A stretch of 64,000 nt of DNA from Octopus vulgaris (taxonomy: Eukaryota), in assembly GCA_951406725.2 (NCBI GenBank), contig OX597827.1, positions 17,112,001-17,176,000 of the forward strand. The letters run 5' to 3'. The notes beneath the pieces were generated by a model. The model saw only the letters and a list, made by a program, of their open reading frames with translations, had not been told where the DNA came from and ran no database searches. Shown here one piece after another: positions 1 to 14,644 of this stretch (the first letter of the stretch is position 1; every line of letters starts with the position of its first letter). The translations under genes and the position numbers were made by a program.

Positions 1-403
1 TTTATTTAGTAATCTTATGCTTATTGTTCAGATCGTTAATATATACATACACACATATATCGTGTACCGAAATGCAATTCGAAGAGCCCGCCTCTTACAT
101 AGATATATAAGTGTGAACAATGCTATGTACTATGCTGGATACATGTGTTCGTCTGGTATGTTGATTTTTTTGTTCATTTTTATATGTCTTAATTATGCTT
201 GCACTGAAGATTAAAAAGTGCATTGTGTGTACTAATTATGAGATCATATTATCTGCTGCTGAATCTGTTTTTAAAAGTCTCGCTTCGAGAGTTGCATTCC
301 CTCGCGTTCAGTACAATTTGTTTATTATGGTAGTTTTTTTACTTTAAGAGTCCCTCCTAGCGTGAGGCATTTATGTATAGTAATGCCCTTAATATGAATA
401 AAT

Positions 404-539
<136 letters not shown>

Positions 540-1275
540 TGTTTGTATGGAAGCGCAATGGCCCAGTGGTTAGACCAGTGGACTCGCAATAACTGTAAGC
601 ATCCTCCAAACTGACTAGGCACAGGAACCATCACAGCCAACTTCGACTACGAATAGCCATGAATACCATTCTCCACCCCTGCAATTCTGCAGAATGGTCT
701 CGAACTTGCCACCATTCTATTTAAAGACTAGTTTACGCCCTTCTTCCCCCAGAACTATAAGCTTGATCAAGATTATTCTCTTAGCTTTGACAGACCACAA
801 CACTACATCTAGCGTCAAACATGTCTGGACAACGTGAGACAACTGCAATCTTTCCCTAGGTTTACTTTCATACTCTATGATTGGGTCCCATGTAATAGAT
901 GACTTGTCCTATTTAGTGCCTACGCTTGTCCTATTTGGTCGGCCCTAAGTTATAGTAGAAGACACTTGCTCAAAGTGTAACGAGACCAGACTTTAGAATC
1001 CAGCGAGGACTTCTTGCTTGTACGAAAAATTATTGCCGCAAATAGCAACACCCACTAAACCCAAAAACAAGTTTCACCTTACAGAGGACTTCAAAATTTT
1101 TCAATTCAAGATTGCTTCAAAAGCACGTCTTCACCGCTTCAGGTCCAAACACAACACTGATTCGCACATGCGCAGCCATACCTACGTTTGTATACATGAT
1201 AGCTGGTGGGCGAAATGCTTTTCCTGTTGCAGGATGGAGCTTTATTTTTTGTTATTATTTCGCTGTAGTAATGCA

Positions 1276-1482
1276 GCGAGCTGGCACAATCGTTAGCACG
1301 TCGGACAAAATTCTTAGCGTCATTTCGTCCGTCTTCACAGTCTAAATTCAATTACCGCGCCGGGATCGACTTCACCTTTCATTCTTTCGGCGTGGATAAA
1401 ATAAGTACCAGTTGAGTACTGGGGTTGATCTAATCGATTTATCCCCTCCCTGGAAATTGCTGGCCCAGTGCTAAATCTTGAA
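1276..1482 (+). mobile_element. SINE family C, diverged, tail type C2
   Basis: GCGAGCTGGCA..CGTTAGCACG head, TTTCATTCTTTCGG..GATAAAATAAGTACCAGTT body; homologous to 54561. Confidence 0.75.
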
Positions 1483-1748
1483 ACCAGTACTTTGGTGTAC
1501 TGTCCGTATTATAGTTTTAGGATAGGACAAAGGAACTTTAATTTTTTTCCCCTGTATCGCCAGAAGCTTGATAATATACAAAATAAAATATTGCATTTTG
1601 CAGTTGATATGTAATATGTGATATGTGTATTTACATGCATACACAGACAGGCACGCATACACACACATGTATTAGTATGATATATGTGTACGTATATATA
1701 GACATATACATGTGTGTAATGTATATATACCCACATGTAGATATATAT

Positions 1749-1940
1749 GGCAGAAACGTTACCGCGCCGGGCGAAATGTTTAGCGGTATTTCGTCTGTGT
1801 GTTCTGAGTTCAAATTCCGCCGAGGTCGACTTTGCCTTTCATCCTTTCGGGGTCGATAAATTAAGTACCAGTTACGCACTGGGGTCGATGTAATCAACTT
1901 AATCACTTTGTCTGTCCTTGTTTGTCCCCACAATGTTAAG
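1749..1940 (+). mobile_element. SINE family C, tail type C1
   Basis: GGCAGAAACGTTACCGCGCCGGGCGAAATG...GCCTTTCATCCTTTCGGGGTCGATAAATTAAGTACC...GCCCCTTGTGGGTAGTAAAGA. Confidence 0.85.
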
Positions 1941-1984
1941 CCCCTTGTGGGTAGTAAAGATACATACATACATACATACATACA

Positions 1985-2037
<53 letters not shown>

Positions 2038-2633
2038 CCACATGCATTTATCTATGCATATATATGTATTATGGACACAGAATAAACATACATAAACATA
2101 TTATATATACATACATATATTTTCATAGTCATACACAACATTGTTCACTTGTGTGTGTGTGCAAATGTCCATTTGCACGTGTACCTGTGTATAACACCAG
2201 AAATATACAAGAATAGTTCCACCGATGCAATTTCAATAACCAATAACTAAGGCGAGCGAAGATTAACTGTGAATGAATAAAATTATTTATCTGAATAGAG
2301 ACAGTTTAATATAGTAGTTCCATTAAAACAAAGAACTGGAGAAATAAGAGACAGGATATAGTATATGGCATCAAATATCCGAACATATTTCCTCCGCTGC
2401 TTTTATTGTTCAAGTCTCTTACTTCTAAACATAGAACTGTCGTGAACATAGAAGTTTCCTGAAAATTGAGTTTGCACATTAGTGTTAATGCATGTGTGTT
2501 TATGTTATTCGAGTTTTATTTTTAATATTGCTCATCAATAGAGAAATTGCCGGTTTCCAATTTTGAAAGAAAACACTTTCATTGGAATTTGGACAATGAC
2601 AATTATATAGTCGTCTGTGAATGAATACATACC

Positions 2634-2681
<48 letters not shown>

Positions 2682-3289
2682 AATCTATGTATATGTCTAT
2701 GATTGCGTGTACAAAATTCATGTAATATTTATTATATAATGCAGCAACTAACGTACGTAGGTCTTTAGAATCCAAGCACGCCATTGCAGTTTGCGAAGGT
2801 ACATACTTTGCCGTTTGCATGTGTATAAACATCTATATCTGTATGTCTCTGCGTTTTGCATATGTATATATCCGACCGACTACACTTCTGAGAGCTGAGT
2901 AAACTATACATGCATATTTGCTTGAATATATACACATGCATGAAGTGCGTTGATGTATGCGCTCCTCCTATTTCGTCAGTCCCATTATTTCATTCGTCAT
3001 TTCATATTAAATGGCAATACAGACATTATAAATGAATTAATGAGAGTACTTCTTATATGTATAATATATAATTTATTGACTGACACGGGGCATGAATTAC
3101 GTAATCATGTTGAATACGTGATTCCGGTTCTCTTGTCAGTCCGTAAATTATATTATATGCTGCATTCTAAAGCATGTGAATAGTGAGTTCCAACAACAGG
3201 TCATTATTATTATCGCTATACCAAAGCGAAATCATTACATACATCGTATGTACATACATACGCACACGCACATATGTATATATGTATGT

Positions 3290-3766
<477 letters not shown>

Positions 3767-3782
3767 ATATATATATATATAC

Positions 3783-4170
3783 AGGAGTGGCTGTGTGGTA
3801 AGTAGCTTGCTTACCAACCACATGGTTCCGGGTTGAGTCCCACTGCGTGGCATCTTGGGCAAGTGTCTTCTGCTCTAGCCTCGCGCCGACCAATGCCTTG
3901 TGAGTGGATTTGGTAGACGGAAACTGAAAGAAGCCTGTCGTATATATGTATATATATGTGTATGTGTGTGTGTGTGTGTTTGTGTGTCTGTGTTTGTCCC
4001 CCTAGCATTGCTTGACAACCGTCACTTAGCGGTTCGGCAAAAGAGACCGATAGAATAAGTACTGGGCTTACAAAGAATAAGTCCCGGGGTCGATTTGCTC
4101 GACCAAAGGCGGTGCTCCAGCATGACCGCAATCAAATGACTGAAACAAGTAAAACAGTAAAGAGTAAAGA

Positions 4171-4172
<2 letters not shown>
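3783..4172 (+). mobile_element. tRNA-derived SINE family B with internal (TA)/(TG) microsatellite
   Basis: GGAGTGGCTGTGTGGTAAG head, CORE-like CTTGGGCAAGTG, 3' GGCGGTGCTCCAGCATG..TGACTGAAAC(AAGAGTA)n. Confidence 0.9.
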
Positions 4173-4213
<41 letters not shown>

Positions 4214-5160
4214 TATATACGTATTAACACATACATATTGCATAAACGAATACGCATATATAGGTATATAAGTGGATATTTACGTGAGCGTGTATGCGAG
4301 TGTGTGCGTTGGTGCGTGCATTTGAATTAGAGTAAGGCGTTCGTGTCTTTCCTTAGTGTCATTATCTTTTGTCCCAGCGACTGCTTTCTCCAGAACATCT
4401 TTATTCATGTCTGTCGTGAAACAGGGTGAAAGACTCGATTCGTAATTTGGTTACAACTTGTTATGCAATGCAAGTTTATTTAATTTAACTTCCATTGGTT
4501 ATTCTATACTGCCAGGGATAAGGAATCGTTGCCTGGAAGATAGAATCATCGCTGGAAATTGTTCTATCTTTTAGTCTTGTAATCCTTCGTGAAAAAACAA
4601 AACATTAAAAATGTTATTTCCTTTCCTGTCTGTTTTTAATGAGTTAATTTGTATTTATTACGTTTTTCTTTTTAGTTTACCATTTACCCTCTCTATAACT
4701 ATAGACAGACCGTTTCAGATAATTCCAGCATGATATACATCAGAAGAATAATGAAATACCCACACATACTTACACACAACTCCCGCATATGCGCAAAAAC
4801 AAAAATATATAGATGCATACCCTTTAAAAGAGGTCATGAACGCAACGAAGGATAATTAAATAGATTGCTGAATTTTATTCAATTTAAGAATAAAAATATT
4901 TCAGTGCGAGGTTAAATGATAAATTAAGCATTTGAAAAAAAATTATTTCTAAAGCTATTTATAAAACTTGATAAATTTGATAAAGTGATAAAATTATTGG
5001 CTTGTTTCAATCGAGGGACACTAAGAAGAACTTTATCAACTTTATCGAGTGAATCAGTTTATTTTACAAATATTAAAACAAAAATATCTTTTAAATGTTT
5101 TCAAATACATACGCTCTTATCACTTTTGTTGTTTTTGTTTTTGGTGGTCTTCTTCTTCCT

Positions 5161-5204
5161 ATTGTTGTTGTTGTTATTATTATTACTATTATTATTATTA
5201 TTAC

Positions 5205-5240
<36 letters not shown>

Positions 5241-5304
5241 TATTATTATTATTGCTATTATTATTATTATTATTATTATTATTATCATTATTATTACTAT
5301 TATT

Positions 5305-5345
<41 letters not shown>

Positions 5346-5380
5346 CATTATTATTACTATTATTATTATTATTATCATTA

Positions 5381-5432
<52 letters not shown>

Positions 5433-5470
5433 CATTATTATTACTATTATTATTATTATTATCATTATTA

Positions 5471-5549
<79 letters not shown>

Positions 5550-5556
5550 TATTATT
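5161..5556. repeat. compound (ATT/ATC/ACT)n trinucleotide array
   Basis: seen directly; explains the poly-L/Y/I/N ORFs. Confidence 0.97.
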
Positions 5557-5801
5557 GCTATATGTTACAACCGAGCCAAAAGAGGAACGTAGAAAATTCA
5601 TCAATCATTTCCATTATTCTTATCTATTTTCACGAACTCTTTCAAGTAATTTTCTGATATTTGTTTGTTATTCCGAAGCACAATGCTCCGAACAGGAACC
5701 GGAACTTTCAAAATAGTGTGTCTCAGATTATGTAGAGGATAAAAGCTAAATTAAGGAAAGTAAAAATTTAACTTATTAAAAATCGATATAGAAATAAAAT
5801 G

Positions 5802-5835
<34 letters not shown>

Positions 5836-6022
5836 ATAACATACGTTATGAGCAATAGAGAGAATACTGGATAGGAAATTTTCAACAAAACTTCTTTCTC
5901 TTGCCAAATATAAAGACTAGCCATGATAAATAAAGTTACACTCATCACTGGATGATGAAATTACATATATATAGGTATATATGTATTCGTGTATATGCAC
6001 TTCTATATACATATATAAAGGC

Positions 6023-6059
<37 letters not shown>

Positions 6060-6087
6060 TGCCTATATATACATAGATAAGTATATG

Positions 6088-6411
<324 letters not shown>

Positions 6412-6634
6412 AACAAAGCATCTCTCGAAAACAAGAGATGGGGGAAAATACAGTGCTGTGTTTAGGCTAAAAAAAATTTCTGGTCGTCTAATTCGTAAAG
6501 TTTTGTGTAAAATGTTTCGATAACTGACTGCTTGAATATAACACTATGTATGTATATATGCATGTATGTATGTATGTATGTATGTATGTATGTATGTATG
6601 TATGTATATATGTATATATGTACGTATGTATGTG

Positions 6635-6718
<84 letters not shown>

Positions 6719-7073
6719 CATACCAACAATCTCTGATGTAGATATACGTTCATAAATTCCTGCAGATATGCTTACATACACAGGCACATATACATGCATA
6801 AAAATATATACTTGTCTGCCAGCGTGTTTGACTAATTCGAATGGACTGTTCAGAAATTTAATAGAAATTCGTCTTCTCCACAATGGTAAGAAATATGAAA
6901 ATGCCTCAGGTATAATTCAAAATAACAAATTATTGCTACAATTTAGAAGAACGAAATATAAAATATTAGTTTTATGTTTCATTTTGCAACCAAGAACCAC
7001 GAAACATGGACAATGGAACTTCTTCAAATAAAAGCAAAAAACAGTATGAAATAGAGGGGCATATTCTGTGTTG

Positions 7074-7357
7074 TTCCTTCTCGAGCCACGCCTGGCTCAT
7101 AAGGGCCGGTTTCCCGGTTTCCTTGGCGTATAGGTTCTCCACCTGAACGGGACGCCGGTCCGTCGCAGGTGAGCTGCAAGATGCAGGAGGAAAGAGTGAG
7201 AGAAAGTTGTGGCGAAAGTTCGCCATTATCTTCTGCCGGAGCCGCGTGGAGCTTAGGTGTTTCGCTCATAAATACACACATCGCCCTGTCTGAGATTCGA
7301 ACCCGTGATCCCTTGACCGCGAGTCCGCTGCTCTAACCACTGGGCCATGTGCGTCCA
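7074..7357 (-). mobile_element. SINE family A, tail 2, 14-bp TSD
   Basis: TSD CATATTCTGTGTTG at 7060-7073 and 7358-7371; family A head. Confidence 0.88.
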
Positions 7358-9151
7358 CATATTCTGTGTTGCCAGTCACCAAGTACATGTTCCATGTCGC
7401 CAGTCATCAAAGATGTGTGATATGAAATGGCAGGAGGATAGATGTGTGTAAAGAAGGAATCTCGTTTCACAGCTAACAGGAAAAATTCGTTAAGGGAAAC
7501 ATTAGGTGAATGAATAATTCTTTCGAATGTGATATTTTTCAAGTGTATTATGGGTATGTAGGCGTGAAATCGAAAATATTTCCATTCTGCAAGTGTGTAG
7601 GTAAATTTATGTAACTTTGTGTAGATTAGCGAGTGTGAATGTGTATGTGTTTTGTGTTCGAAGCCAGAACGCGTGCGCGGAAGGGCGGAGCCTGTATATG
7701 TTGTGTGTGGTGAAAATGTTGTAGGTGCCCCTCTTTTCTGTTTGATTTATTTTGTATGAGTGAGTTGTGTGGCCAGTAGTACAGTGTTTGCAGTTACGTG
7801 GGTGTAGGCAAGCGTGTATTTAAGAATGCATTTTGAGAGGGCAAGTGGGTTGTTTAATTTATATGGGTTTGTAGTATCATGGTGCAAAAATATGTCACTC
7901 TTCGTCGCAGCCGAGTTAGTGGAAATCTATTGTGTAGGATGCAAAGGGGCTGATAAATATGGTCAGTTGATCCGAAGCAGTATGCGCCAGGGTAATGGAC
8001 TTTGTTAACACGAACGTCTCTGACTAGTCACGTGCCTATATTGCAAGCCATTATAGTTACTCTTAAATACAAAGGACGGGTTTTTAGTGGTTATAGGTGA
8101 TGTGGAATGACGTGGAATGAGAGTTGCTAAGTCCTTTTTATCAGGTGGTACTCATAAAGACTAAACATTTATGACAGAACGAACGAGAGCACACAAAGAA
8201 CCCAGGGTGGGTATGCTACCCCTACTGGCTTATAAAAAGGAAAATGTGACTAAGAAACAAAAAATTAAAAAAAGACCAGGTACTTATAGATAGAATGCTT
8301 TGGGCCAAGTGCTATACATACCAACAGCTTGCTGCCCCTGATGTCAACTCACTCTTCGATACCCATCATAGTATCTTTTTCCTCAGCCTTATCTTTCTGA
8401 AAACCGAAGTCTACATTCATCCTAACATATAGACAACAGCGCTGTATTATGTCCGTGAACAGAGATGTCGACAACACAGTCAACCAAAGACTTGAAATCA
8501 CAATCTCACAATTACAACATAAGTCAAGATGATAAACTTGCGTTTTAATCTCTTTACGCAGAAACAACACAAGACATGTGCTATGCATAACAATCTCTAA
8601 TGATGTTTTGCAGCAAAGAAGAACACAAAACATAACTAATAACACCACATTAGAAAGACTTCTAAGTGTTTTCTGATCTGATAAGCTGCTCGCACTCAAT
8701 AATGCTCAGAATAATCCTTTCTTTGTACACTCTTCGCAGACAAGAGATAGTAATTATGCTATATAGAAAACTGAGTTAGCGTGCATCACAAAGACCATTC
8801 GATTGATTAGCAATAATCGCTTATGCTTTGCTTGCTCAGTGCGTCTTTCGCGTCTGTTGTAATGGCCTCGGTTACTTTGAGCCATGTACCCGAAGATGTT
8901 TTCCCAGACGAATAACCTACTGTCTCTGTTTCTGTTTTGTACCTAAACAGTCCTACATTAAATCCTTATGTAATTTGTATTCCCCAGGATAGAAAACCTC
9001 GAGAATTCTCATTTAACCCACATGAAGAAATTGGTAGGATAGTCCGACTGAATCTCAGCAGAATTAATGTTTTTATCAGTCTTGGTAGAACTTTAGATAA
9101 CATCAGCATTGTCCATAATTTTCGAACTAATGCATATATGCATGCATGCAC

Positions 9152-9184
<33 letters not shown>

Positions 9185-9289
9185 CATACATACATACATA
9201 CATACATACATACATACATGCATGCATGCATACAGACAGACAGACAGACAGATTGATAGCAGACAGACATATACATACATGTGTGTGTG

Positions 9290-9793
<504 letters not shown>

Positions 9794-10422
9794 GTGTATG
9801 TATGTATAATATATTTATATTTACACACAGACAAACACTCGCATAGACATGAAAGAAACAATTGACAGAGAAAACTGCAATCGCATGCATTAATGTGCAA
9901 ATCACTGCACTTTATCGAACTCAATCCAAATAAGAACAAAGGAAATGAAATTCTCCTTTCACATTTCACGGATTCGAACCATTAAATTGCCGGGTCATAA
10001 AAATGAAATAAAGACACCAGGTAACTTTGGCTGTGCTTAGAAGAAATCGATCTCATTGATTCTTTATGTTAATGATGCTAGTGATCATAACGACCCGGAG
10101 ACTCCCATTAGATCAATTGATTCACTCTGCAGAGATTAGACCAATATTAATTCAACTAATGGCAGTTGATCAATACGGATTGGTAGGCAATAGGTAAGAT
10201 TGAGTTGTTACCATGTTCACGTTCCTTCCTTTCCTCCTTGCTTGTTTCAATTATCTTCTTTGTCTGAAATGTTTTGGTGAATGCACACACACACACACAC
10301 GCACGAACACATATGTATATTATATGTCTATGTATATATTCTCAAATGCATACATACTTATGCGTATATCTGTATATGTCGGTGTGTGTATGTGCATCTG
10401 CGAGAAAAGATGTGGACATGTA

Positions 10423-10495
<73 letters not shown>

Positions 10496-10621
10496 ACATC
10501 GATCTATCCATCCATCCATCCATCTATCTATCTGTCTATCTATCTATGCATCCATCTATCTATCTGTCTATCTATCTATCTATATATCTATCTATTCATC
10601 TATCTATCTATCTATCTACCT

Positions 10622-10980
10622 GCAAACAAATGTGGTAACATGTAACAACATTGACCGAGGTTACCGTGGTCTTTTCCGTAGGCTTTTCTTCCCACGGATA
10701 AACCTTATGTGCTTCATCCTTTAAACCGTATATCATGACACTGTGATACACGATCCCTATTGATCGTTTTTTTCTTCTTTTCCCCCTTTTTTCCTTTCTT
10801 TTTTTCTCCTTTTTTTCTTTTCTTTTGTTTCTTTTCCTTTTTACTTTTTTCCCTTTTACCATCCTTTTTGATCGAAAACCTACCCCACTTTTCTGGGGTT
10901 TTTTTCATCCCCAAAAAGAAAAGCTCTACCTTGTAATTTGTCCCATCTGTGTGCAGCCCTGTGTGGCTAATAAAGAAACT
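10622..10980 (+). mobile_element. probable LINE 3' UTR/terminus inserted in (CTAT)n
   Basis: T-rich segment ending TTTGTCCCATCTGTGTGCAGCCCTGTGTGGCTAATAAAGAAAC, which resembles SINE C tail C1; CTAT repeats on both sides. Confidence 0.55.
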
Positions 10981-11002
10981 TATCTATCTATCTATCTATC
11001 TG

Positions 11003-11051
<49 letters not shown>

Positions 11052-11576
11052 ATATCTATCTATCTATCTATCTGTCTAATCTATCTATCTATCTAATCTA
11101 TCTATCTGTCTAATCTATCTCTGTGTATATATACATTATTGACTTAAATAAAGGCCGTGTACTGTTTCACATCCGAATTTATGGAAAATATTTTAGATTT
11201 CATCACGCTGCAACAACTGTACAATATTCGAACCATTGTTTTATACATGATTGTTGTGGTTAGTTACCCTTCTCTTCTGTGTCAGCAATGTAGAAATTAT
11301 ATATACTTTCTGACTCAAAGTCAATTATAATTGAATAATGACGCCTTGCCTCTATATAACATGGACTCTAATTTATTCTAATTTATTCCCAATTAAAGAT
11401 AATCTCTTAAACAGCAACACATTGTCTTACTTCGCATTACGGTGCTTGAACGGGCTACCGCTAGATCCGACATGTGTCCGTGTCTGTGCCTTTGTGGTGG
11501 TTGTGTTACAGGTGTTGTTGCTACCGTTGTTAACGCTGCCGATGCTACTGACATGCCGGATCCGTTGCTGGAGCTA

Positions 11577-11953
11577 CTGTTGAGCGAACGGTCTTCGTCC
11601 GAGAGCTCGCAAGATTGGAGAAGTCCGAAACGTGGTCCTTTGCTATTCGTAAGACCCGCAGAAGAGAAAGTAGGTCACCCTCCCCCCCCGACACCGAGAG
11701 CATCGACGGATGGATGAATGCACATCCAGGCTCAGCGGTTGCGTAGGAAGTCAGGGACAAGAAACAGGAAGAAAGAGTGAGAGAAATTTGGAGCGAAAGA
11801 CCACAACAGGGGTCGCCACAACCCCCTGCCGGAGCCTCGTTGAGCTTTAGGTGTTTTCGCTCAATAAACACACACAACGACCGGTCTGAAAATCGAAACC
11901 GCGATCCTCCGACCGCGAGTCCGCTGCCCTAATCATTGGGCCATGGGGCCTCC
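11577..11953 (-). mobile_element. SINE family A, tail 3
   Basis: family A head/body with a distinct ~190-bp tail. Confidence 0.85.
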
Positions 11954-12264
11954 ACTGCTGGTGCTGCGGATGCGACTATTACTCCTGATGGTAACGCTAT
12001 TGTTTTCTTCTTCTTCCAATCAACCACAAAGAATAATCTCTAATTTGAGCCTACTCTAAGCTACAAAGAATACGCGTGGCAACTTGAAGATCCACCCAAC
12101 ACACGCGATTGTCTGGCGGTTGCACGGGCGCGAAAGCTACGTTGTTATCCTCATTCCGTAAATGGTGGTACATTTGGGGTACAGAGGTTTCGCAATCTAG
12201 ACTAGGTCTGAAAGTTTACTACATCATAGTGGGTTACACCCATGGCTCCTCTGCTTTGTGGTAG

Positions 12265-12458
12265 AAGTAGGAAGAAAGAGTGAGAGAAAGTTGTGGTGAA
12301 AAGTATAGCGGGGTTCACCACCACCAACCCCCGCAGGAGCCTCGTGGAACTTAGGTGTTTTTGCTCAATAAACACTCACAATGCCCTGGTCTGGGAATCG
12401 AAACCGCGATCTTACGACCGCGAGTCCGCTGCCTTAACCACTGGGCCATTGCGCCTCC
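12265..12458 (-). mobile_element. SINE family A, head and body only
   Basis: reverse complement of the family A 5' part. Confidence 0.85.
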
Positions 12459-12632
12459 GCTCACTGTTGCTGTTGCTTTTAACGTGTTGCAGCTGTAATA
12501 GGCACCGCAACTACAACCATTGCGATTGCTGCGGCTGTTGCTGTTGTTGGAATATTGTGTAGTATGCGTTGCATTGTATTGTAAGCTTTCCTAACGGGTG
12601 GCATTTTAAGGCAGCAGTGATACGTTATATTC

Positions 12633-12860
12633 TGGCGAGCTGGCAGAATCGTTACCGCGCCGGGCGAAATGCTTACCGGTATTTCGTCTGCCGTTACGTT
12701 GTGAGTTCAAATCCCGCCAAAGGCGATTTTGCCTTTCATTCTTTCGGGGTCGATAAATAAAGTACCAGTTTTGCACTGGGGTCGATGTAATCGACTTAAT
12801 CCCTTTGTCTGTCTTTGTTTGTCCCCTCTATGTTTACCCCCTTGTGGGCAGTTAAGAAAT
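12633..12860 (+). mobile_element. SINE family C, tail C1
   Basis: homology to 54561. Confidence 0.88.
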
Positions 12861-12887
12861 ATATATACTTAAGTATATGTAAAATAT

Positions 12888-13170
12888 GGTGAGGACACAT
12901 AGCGTAGTGGTTAGGGTGTTACACTCATGAACGCGAAATCGCGGCTTCGTTTCCCAGATCAGACTGTACGTTGTGTTCTCGAGCAAAACACCTCATTTCA
13001 CTTCGACATTTGATGTGTGACGCACCGTATACGAGTTGCGGTAATGCCGATTTGATGGATGGTGTAAGCTAATGTGACGCATAAGCATCAGATCATTATA
13101 AACAAGTCGTCAGTACAGCTTGTTCTGCAAAAAAATTGCAGTACCGTCTTTTTCGAGTGCTCGAGAGACT
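12888..13170 (+). mobile_element. diverged SINE, family D-like
   Basis: tRNA-like head, TTGTGTTCTCGAGCAAAACAC core. Confidence 0.6.
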
Positions 13171-13562
13171 ACCATTAATTAATTACCTGAGAGACTACCG
13201 TTGATTAATTAAAATAAAATATGAAATATAAGATATTATCATTATGATGAATATTTGCCATTGTTAATTAGCATGCCACCTGAGAATATGTACTTGAATA
13301 CGTATATAAACACAAATATTGACACGATACTTATACTTGTAATGAGTAATATCGGCGCTGGCAATGACATTGTAGCGTAGCAATTGGGTTGGTTTGTACG
13401 TATGCATTAAATTTCATGGATAATTCATTTGCAAAAAATTGTGAACGTATTGCATAAAGGTCGTGGGTGATTGTAAGTGGATAAATATGGAAAATGAGTA
13501 AATACGCGTGCGTATGTTATTTATATTGTATTAGTCTAATAAAACATTTATACTTTCGTATA

Positions 13563-13885
13563 GGTGCATGGCTCAGTGGATAAAGCTTTGGGTTCGCAAT
13601 CATGAGATAGTGAGTTCGATTCCAGGACCGGGCTTTGTGTTATGTTCTTGAGCAAGGCATTTTATTTCATGTTGCTCCAGTTCACTCAGCTGCAGAAATG
13701 AGTTCAGACCTCAATGATGCCAAGCCGTATCGGCCTTTTGCATTATCCTTTGGATAACATCGGTGGCATGGAAAGAGGAGGCTGGTATGCATGGGCGACT
13801 GCTGGTCTTCTCTAAAGTACTTTGTCCGGACTTGTGCTTCGCAGGGAAGCTTTTTAACTGCAATACCATGGTCATTAATGACTGT
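13563..13885 (+). mobile_element. tRNA-derived SINE family D
   Basis: GGCTCAGTGG A box, GTTCGATTCC B box, TGTTCTTGAGCAAG..CACTCAGCTG core; homologous to 18593. Confidence 0.85.
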
Positions 13886-13899
13886 TATATTTCGATGTG

Positions 13900-14600
13900 G
13901 TGTGTGTAGTGGTTTGTATGGATAGATCTGTATATGTATAGGGCGGATCGTGATGGTTTCGCCAACAAAGATGAAACCATAAACCATTCCAATATACCTA
14001 TAAGTACACAGGAATGGGTGCTTCTGCCGATTTACTGTGGCAAACGCGTCGCCAGAGTAAGAATCGGCAGAGTGTCCCCTACCACCGAGATTAAGGAAGC
14101 ATGGATGATGGCAGCGATCATGCACAGAATGGAAGACGAGGCGAAAATATTGAAAATTACGAAGAAAGGATTAATTCTTGGGGCATGGCCCCGAGATAGC
14201 AATACAAGTGAGCCTTAAAGACTTGTACGAGATCACAGAGGAAATTATTCTACCGGAAGACGTTAAGCTAAGATTGGTGGTGGAAGGTAGACCACCAGCA
14301 TGTTTTTTTATGCGGAAAAAAAGGGGCACAGGAAAGCAAGGTGTCCCCAGAAAGAAAACAAAGAGGAGGAGCAGGAGCAACAGTGTGAAGAACAAACTGC
14401 CGAAGTGGCGGCGCCGGAAGGAAAGACAAAAGAGGAATCATTCACTGTCGTGAATAGGAGGAAAAGGAAAAGAGCGTGTGAGCTCTCCACCAGAGAGTCA
14501 GAAAAGGATGAAAGGGGATAGAGAAGGAGGTGAAAGGAAGCTGGTTAGATGCACCAGCAGCAGCAGCATCAACAGTAGAATGTAGCATGGAAGCAGAAGC
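13900..14600 (+). pseudogene. non-LTR retrotransposon ORF1 relic (L1/Tx1-like, zinc knuckle)
   Basis: frameshifted LLPIYCGKRVARVRIG...LVVEGRPPACF-CGKKGHRKARCP (CX2CX4HX4C), then a charged tail. Confidence 0.7.
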
Positions 14601-14644
14601 ACCATTGCAAGGCATTTATCTGATTATTATTTCCAAACGAAGAA

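Noticed and set aside
600-900. Possible LINE RT C-terminal remnant (PFFPRTI-like)
   Set aside because: A single short motif with frameshifts; too weak to call.
4985-5716. 243-aa poly-Leu and overlapping poly-Asn/Tyr/Ile ORFs
   Set aside because: Trinucleotide microsatellite open in five frames.
8349-8699. 116-aa minus-strand ORF in non-repetitive DNA
   Set aside because: No recognisable motif, non-ATG start, no supporting exon structure.
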